DNA of 64,000 bases from the NCBI RefSeq assembly GCF_009914755.1, contig NC_060929.1; one strand, written 5' to 3'. The stretch's first letter is position 1, and every line of letters begins with the position of its first letter. The notes under the pieces were generated by a model. It searched no databases, had not been told where the DNA came from, and saw only the letters and a list, made by a program, of their open reading frames with translations. Positions 62,215 through 64,000 of this stretch are shown one piece after another. A program made the translations under genes and the position numbers. Origin of the DNA: the human T2T-CHM13v2.0 reference genome, Homo sapiens.

Positions 62215-64000
62215 TTGGGTTTCAGTTTCAACATGTGAAAACCTCAGAGGTTATCTCCCATCCTTTAAACAGACAAAAGCAGAATGAACTAAAAACCATT
62301 GACTTTTCTTGGACTCATCAGAGAACTGGTGTTGCAGGGCAAACACCCTAGTGCAAAATCTAGAGAGAAAAGAGAATCCAGAGAGTCATAGCCTGATCTG
62401 TATACTGGAGCAGACCCTACTGCAGCCATAAAGTGCTAGGAACACATAAATGGTAATTGTAACAAATTGTTGTAGATTTAACGTAGATGAGCTCCAGAGA
62501 GTGAAACTCCTGGAGGCCATAGGCTTAGCAGCTCTCTACACAAACTCACCTCCACGGACTCTACTAGGTTCTTAGTGCAGAAACAAGAGTCTCTCATGGC
62601 TCTGGCAGGGGAGGGGAGGAGTGACCATTGTAAAATATGCCCAGTGCATTCTTCATTATGAAGGTCTACCCTTCAGGGGAAAAGACTTCACCAGAAACTT
62701 CTCTCACATGAGGAAACAGAACTTCCCCAAACTAAGGCCCTTGGAGGAGTGAGAGGATAGGATTCTAAGAAATACATTGTGAAGGTCACAGTCTGGGGAT
62801 ACATGGCCACTAAAAGACTAAGATTTAATCATGTAATTATAGAATGCTCCCCCTGTCTGATACTTTTTCACCACATCAGCAAGGCTCTGGTATAATAACA
62901 GTGTATTAAAGGTGAAGAAAAAAAGCTGGAAGACACAGATTTTACCTGAGGATAAATTTTTAGGGAAATCTAAAGGTAGCATGGGAGTCTAAAATAATGA
63001 TTCTAGAGAAGATTGACGCTCTGGCACCTATAGCTGTGGCAAACCTTAAGCAAAGATAAACTCCTACCCAGTTTAACATAAAACCCCACACTACTTTAGG
63101 GCTATTTTACCCCAGTTTACTATTGAGGCCTATTTTACCCCAGTTCCTGTTACACTATACGTCATGCCCAGCTTTTAACAAGAAATTATGAAACATGCTA
63201 AGAGGCAAGAGAAAAAACACAGCCTGAAGAGACAAAGCAAGCATCCAAACCAGACTCAGATATGACAGATTTTGGAGTTATCAAACAAGGCATATAAAGT
63301 AACTATGTTCACTATGTTAAGAGCTCTAATGGAAAAAGTGGACAACATGCAAGAACAGATGGTCAATGTGCTAAGAGAGACGGAAAATCTAAGAAAGGAT
63401 CCAAAGAAAATGTTAGAAATTAAAAAAAAACAAAACAAAACATAGTAATAGAAATGAAGGATGCATTTGAAAGTCTCATCAGTAGCTGAACATGACTAAT
63501 GAAACAATCAGGAAGCTAGGCTGAGTGCAGTGGCTCATACTTGTAATCCCAGCACTTTGGGAGGCCAAGGCAGGTGGATTGCTTGAGCTCAGGAGTTCAA
63601 GACAAGCCTGGGCAACATGGCAAAACCCCGTCTGTACAAAAAATACAAAAATTAGCTGGGCATGGTGGCTCATGCCTGTGGTCTCAGCTACTTGGGAGGC
63701 TGAGGTGGGAGGATTGCTTGAACTAGGGAGGCAGAGGCTGCAGTGAGCTGAGATCACGGTACTGCCGTCCATCCAGGGCAACAGGGCAAGACATTGCCTT
63801 AAAAAAATAATAATAATAATCAGTAATCTCAAAGGCAGGTTAATAGAAAGTTTCCAAATTGAAATGGAAAGAGAAAAAATATTGAAAAAATAGAACAGAA
63901 ATCACAAAACTGGGACAGCTTCTGAGGATGCATATATGCAAAATGAGAAAACCCAAAGAGAAGACAGAGAGAATGGATCAAGAAATACTTGAACTAACAG
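62215..64000 (+). mobile_element. Old L1M (L1MD/L1MC-like) 5' region and degenerate ORF1, runs off window
   Basis: gaagagacaaagcaagcatc..aaccagactcagatatg, atggaaaaagtggacaacatgcaagaacagatgg, tagaaatgaaggatgcatttga. Confidence 0.82.
63518..63820 (+). mobile_element. AluJ inserted in L1 ORF1
   Basis: ggattgcttgagctcagg, gaggtgggaggattgcttga; (AAT)n tail. Confidence 0.94.

Noticed and set aside
61439-62287. Overlapping GC-rich ORFs (up to 166 aa) and an apparent CpG island
   Set aside because: Explained by the GC-rich LTR12 U3, where stops are rare; not a host gene island

Overview
This is primate (human-like) AT-rich, repeat-dense non-coding genomic DNA, either intronic or intergenic. It is not microbial. 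I count about 41 Alu elements or fragments (roughly a fifth of the window), many MIR and L2 relics, several L1 fragments, two MaLR LTRs (MLT1A-like, MST-like), hAT-type MER relics and a full-length minus-strand ERV9 solo LTR (LTR12C-like, 60520-62103). I can support no protein-coding gene, RNA gene or CRISPR array: the supplied ORFs are repeat-derived or unrecognised, and I could not identify the host gene. I did not find a convincing novel biological system. The best-supported observations are retrotransposition and rearrangement signatures. These are a TSD-flanked twin-primed L1 whose tail became (TG)24, a second 5'-inverted L1, an 88-bp young L1 with a 19-bp TSD, fused or truncated inverted Alus, and a template-switch hairpin in an Alu. 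There are also candidate regulatory islands in repeat-free DNA: a perfect RFX palindrome near a CCAAT box, an IRF/ARE/NF-kB cluster, and a candidate non-coding exon. Repeat subfamily calls come from remembered consensus sequences, and boundaries of old repeats are approximate.
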